NCBI GenBank assembly: GCA_051362555.1
Contig: CM120644.1
Coordinates: forward strand, 14,654,534 to 14,718,533
Source of the DNA: Lingula anatina
Taxonomy: Eukaryota > Animalia > Brachiopoda
DNA length: 64,000 nucleotides
Direction: 5' to 3'
Within the stretch, counting starts at the first letter, position 1, and each line of letters opens with the position of its first letter. A program made the position numbers and the translations under genes. This document shows, piece by piece, positions 60,901 to 64,000 of this stretch. Below the pieces are notes generated by a model. It saw only the letters and a list, made by a program, of their open reading frames with translations. It had not been told where the DNA came from and ran no database searches.

Positions 60901-61360
60901 AGTCAAAGAAAAGGCATGTGTTTTTCACTGGATCTTGGTTTATTCACATGGATTCACAAGACACGTAAAAACTAAAAAAGAAGAAAAGAAAAAGAAAATT
61001 ACAACAATGTACTTACTAACGGTTATTTACGTGTTCAAATTTACTTACTCAAAAATTTATACATTTCAATAATCACCAATAATAAATAACTAATCATCAA
61101 TAATCAATAATAATCAATAAACAGTATTAAACTCACCATTTCTGCCATTTCTTTACACTATAAATTTCAAGTAGAAATAACGGATTCAAAAGTAAGAGTA
61201 CTATGTGTTCCTCCTACGGAGACACTGTGATGAATGAAACAAAGTGCAAAACTCATGGGGCACCACCCTGAATGAAAAGTTGTCATTTATGCAAATGAGT
61301 GCATTAGATGAGCCGGACATCAGGCTCCTCAATCACAACAAAAGTAAACTAAACCTTACA
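54996..61360 (-). mobile_element. Recent BEL/Pao LTR retrotransposon, 493-bp LTRs (54996-55488, 60868-61360), 5-bp TSD CGTTA
   Basis: LTRs look identical by eye; TSD at 54991-54995 and 61361-61365; PPT-like GGTGGCCGGTA before the 3' LTR; gag-pol internal region. Confidence 0.95.
55611..60824 (-). pseudogene. BEL/Pao gag-pol polyprotein, open through RNase H, then frameshifted with the integrase core deleted
   Basis: Three Gag Cys/His knuckles (CVFC..H..C, CFNC..H..C, CQVPGC..HH..H), protease FLDNGS, RT ADIEQMY/YVDD, RNase H FSDAS/PRMEL/WTDS/NPADYASRG. Frameshift near 56440. Integrase HHCC (HIKEGH..CMVC) is followed directly by SRPL and the C-terminal domain. Confidence 0.9.
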
Positions 61361-61575
61361 CGTTATATACTACAGTGTACATGTACAAGTATGTTATTTC
61401 AGTTTTCTAGTCCCTCATATTATAATCGGGAGCACTGTCCGATATTCAAACACTCACAATTTCGAGTGCTGATGTTCAATGTTATTTAAATGACACAGAG
61501 AACGTGGATGTTTATTCCTTATTTATGGGTTATCATCGAAGCAAATACGACACTATAAAACATTAAAATAAACAG

Positions 61576-61722
61576 GGCCCGTAACTCAAAAACATCACGT
61601 ATTGCTAATAGCGATATCAAATAGAGGCTACAATATGTAATATGGGGCGAGTAAATCCCGAGTTATGGAACAGAGACGCTTGCTCACGGTCGCAATGCGC
61701 GATGCTTTCGAGTTACGGGGCC
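61576..61722. mobile_element. Harbinger-like MITE with CWG target
   Basis: TIR GGCCCGTAACTC...GAGTTACGGGGCC, flanks CAG/CTG; other units have the empty site AAACAGGTGTATTC. Confidence 0.75.
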
Positions 61723-61915
61723 CTGGTGTATTCATGTGAAGATGAGGTTCTCAACGAGAAGGCGTAATATATGTAAAACATTTCTGTGCTCAATAAATTA
61801 TTATTATAAATGCAATTCAAGGTACGGCGTATGATAGAAGTACTAGTATAAACAAAACAAAATGATAACACAACATCTCTCAACATTTGTCTTTGATTGA
61901 AGGCATTTATTTCGT

Positions 61916-61989
61916 AGCCTGATAGCTCAGTTGGTTAGAGCGTCTTGCTTATAACGCGAATGTCCTGTATTTAAGCCAGAGTTGGGCTG
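61916..61989 (+). pseudogene. tRNA-Ile-like pseudogene (anticodon reads TAT), best-preserved copy
   Basis: TAGCTCAGTTGGTTAGAGCG D-arm, CT-TAT-AA loop, AGCCTGA/TTGGGCT acceptor stem; T-loop/B box mutated (GTATTTAAGCC). Confidence 0.65.
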
Positions 61990-62899
61990 TGCCCCTTTTA
62001 CTGTTATTTGTTGTCTGATTTTCATTTTAAACAACTGTTCCATTCTCATTGATCACGACCTGTGTAACAAGTGCTCAACACAGAGCGTAAATACGGTTAC
62101 TAGGACGAAACATTGCAACACTGCCATTCCGATAGCTGATGAGCCGAAAATGTGGCTAATTTTTTAAAATGAAGGATAGAAGGATAACCGTAAACACAAA
62201 TTTAGGACTAGCTGAGTAAAACTAAAGGCAGGCCTACTTTTCCGAAAAGGCAATTTGTAGACTCGCTGCTTTAGATGAGGCAAACACTCACGATGGTGGT
62301 GTTTGTAACTGCTAAAACAATCACACACATTAAAGTTGCCCAATGAATGTGTGTCTTGATTGTGTTTTGTTGAAAAAAAACATTACTTCCATATGCATTT
62401 TACTCAGTAATCTGTCTGATAATTCAAACGACAATTGGTACCAATAAAACTTTGTGCAAACTGCTCATTCTTGAGCAACTGGGCATCAGGCACTCACCAA
62501 CCTGCACTGAACCAGTGTGGTGAGTTACAGGTCAACACCACTTTGACATCACGCCAAGCATGGAAAAGTGTGTGGTGGGGCGACTTAACGAAAAAACCTT
62601 GTCACTTGATAAAATTACCATATTTGGCATGTGTTTCCCTTTTGAAATTCTAAATCAAATAAGAGCCACACCCATCTGGAAAAATTTACTGTTTAGTCAA
62701 AAATTGCCCCCCCCCCCCCCCAACCCCCAAGTTGACACAATGAGAAATTAAATATTTGTCAAATTCAAACCAAATTCCCATTTACAGCGGGGTTTTTCCC
62801 ACAGAGAAAGAGCGGTCCTCTCGATCTGCCCACAGCATTCGCCTACGTGTATGTACATGTATATGTGATAGGCAAGATTGAAATCAAGGCAGATTTTTA

Positions 62900-64000
62900 A
62901 TTCGTGTAGACCACGATCACCTGTAGACTTAGATATAATGCGGTAGAGGAGATACTGCACGAGTTGTGGAAAATATTGCTGTTGTTGAGATGTGATTGTG
63001 GTAGTTGATACCTAATTGCGGTTGTTGAGACAACAAGGGTTCCTGTACTGGTTCTGACTGTACACTAGAAAGTTCAATACGTAACACATACATAAACCCT
63101 GCAATATACTCATTTGAAGGTTTGTTCCTCTACATTAATACTAGCCAAGTTAGGCGAATTTATGGATGTTACCTCTCAAATTCATCTTTAATATCAAAGT
63201 ATGATTACGTAGTCGACAATATAACATTAAACTGAAGACCCAGTACTGTATTTAATATACACGCTGCGTTAAATCTGTGTTATACACCCCTGCTACTAGG
63301 TCAGTTGTATCAGTGTCACAACTGAATTCAGTCAGATAACAGCTATGAAATAATGTGTCACCATGTCTGTATTGTCTGTATTGTACATAGAGATAACCCA
63401 AAAAATAGCTGATTAAGATGTACTTTCAGGTCCCCTTGAACACTGAACACCTCACCTGACCAGGTGTACATGTCAAGAGAGACAGCACATCTAATGGCGA
63501 CTGGGGGCGTGTACCTGCCACCAAGAGAAATATAACTGGAGGAAGTACAGGTAAAGCCCATTCCTAATATATTGTAATACATTACATTAGGAATATAATT
63601 CCGATAATTGTATGATAATGTATAGGGGAATGGTGCTTGCTGCAGTTTGTGTCTCTGTAGGTTGGTATAAAAATAAGGCGTCGTTACCGAGTCCGGAGTG
63701 TAGTATTTACTCATCATAATACCTACCCTGTAATATTTTGGGTACCTACATTTTTTTTTAAATAATTTTTTTCATTTTCAGTTTTCATTCATTTCATAAT
63801 TCAATTGATAGATTATAATAATTCTAATTCTATATCTATTAGTTAAGTTTCATTTGTACTTCCGCCTTTCTTTTTTCTTTCTACTTTTTTTTTCCTTTGT
63901 ATATTTTTTCCTATAGTAACTTTTGTTACACAAGCATAATAAAGAGGCTGATTTGGTTCTCTATAAAAATTGAAGACGTTGCATGACTTTTCTTTCATGT
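62900..64000 (+). other. Upstream block of a sixth TRIM unit (CDS predicted to start about 155 bp beyond the window)
   Basis: Close colinear match to 49580-50705; position 64000 corresponds to 50705, and the copy-5 ATG is at 50861. Confidence 0.8.

Larger units (their letters stand above)
13318..64000. repeat. Tandem segmental array of the TRIM-NHL / GT31 cassette (5 units plus start of a 6th)
   Basis: Homologous upstream block, TRIM CDS, 3' flank, GT31 and spacer recur. TRIM ATGs at 14364, 21200, 34308, 44527, 50861; 62900-64000 aligns to 49580-50705. Confidence 0.95.

Noticed and set aside
61916-61989. Functional tRNA-Ile(TAT) gene
   Set aside because: T-loop/B box and anticodon stem are disrupted; treated as a pseudogene.

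Overview
AT-rich eukaryotic, almost certainly invertebrate-animal, genomic DNA: it has spliceosomal signals, microsatellites, TRIM-NHL genes, and BEL/Pao, RTE and Rex/Babar retroelements. No operons, rRNA or CRISPR are present. Left part (1-13.3 kb): two tandem, single-coding-exon GT15 (Kre2/Mnt1-type mannosyltransferase family) genes on the minus strand, each with both an N- and a C-terminal hydrophobic segment, followed by a cluster of MITEs. Right part (about 13.3 kb to the window end): a tandem array of a cassette made of [conserved ~1 kb upstream block] - [632-aa RING/B-box/B-box/coiled-coil/NHL TRIM gene, +] - [GT31 beta-1,3-glycosyltransferase-like gene, -, convergent] - [tRNA-Ile-like relic]. 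Five TRIM copies are complete and intact, and a sixth unit starts at the right edge. TRIM differences cluster in predicted NHL loops, while B-box2 is nearly invariant. Only one GT31 copy is intact, and it has RCGHD in place of the KTDDD metal-binding motif. The other four copies were lost by separate events. Spacers carry unit-specific transposon insertions, including a BEL/Pao element with apparently identical LTRs but a deleted integrase core. All comparisons were made by eye; no database searches were possible.
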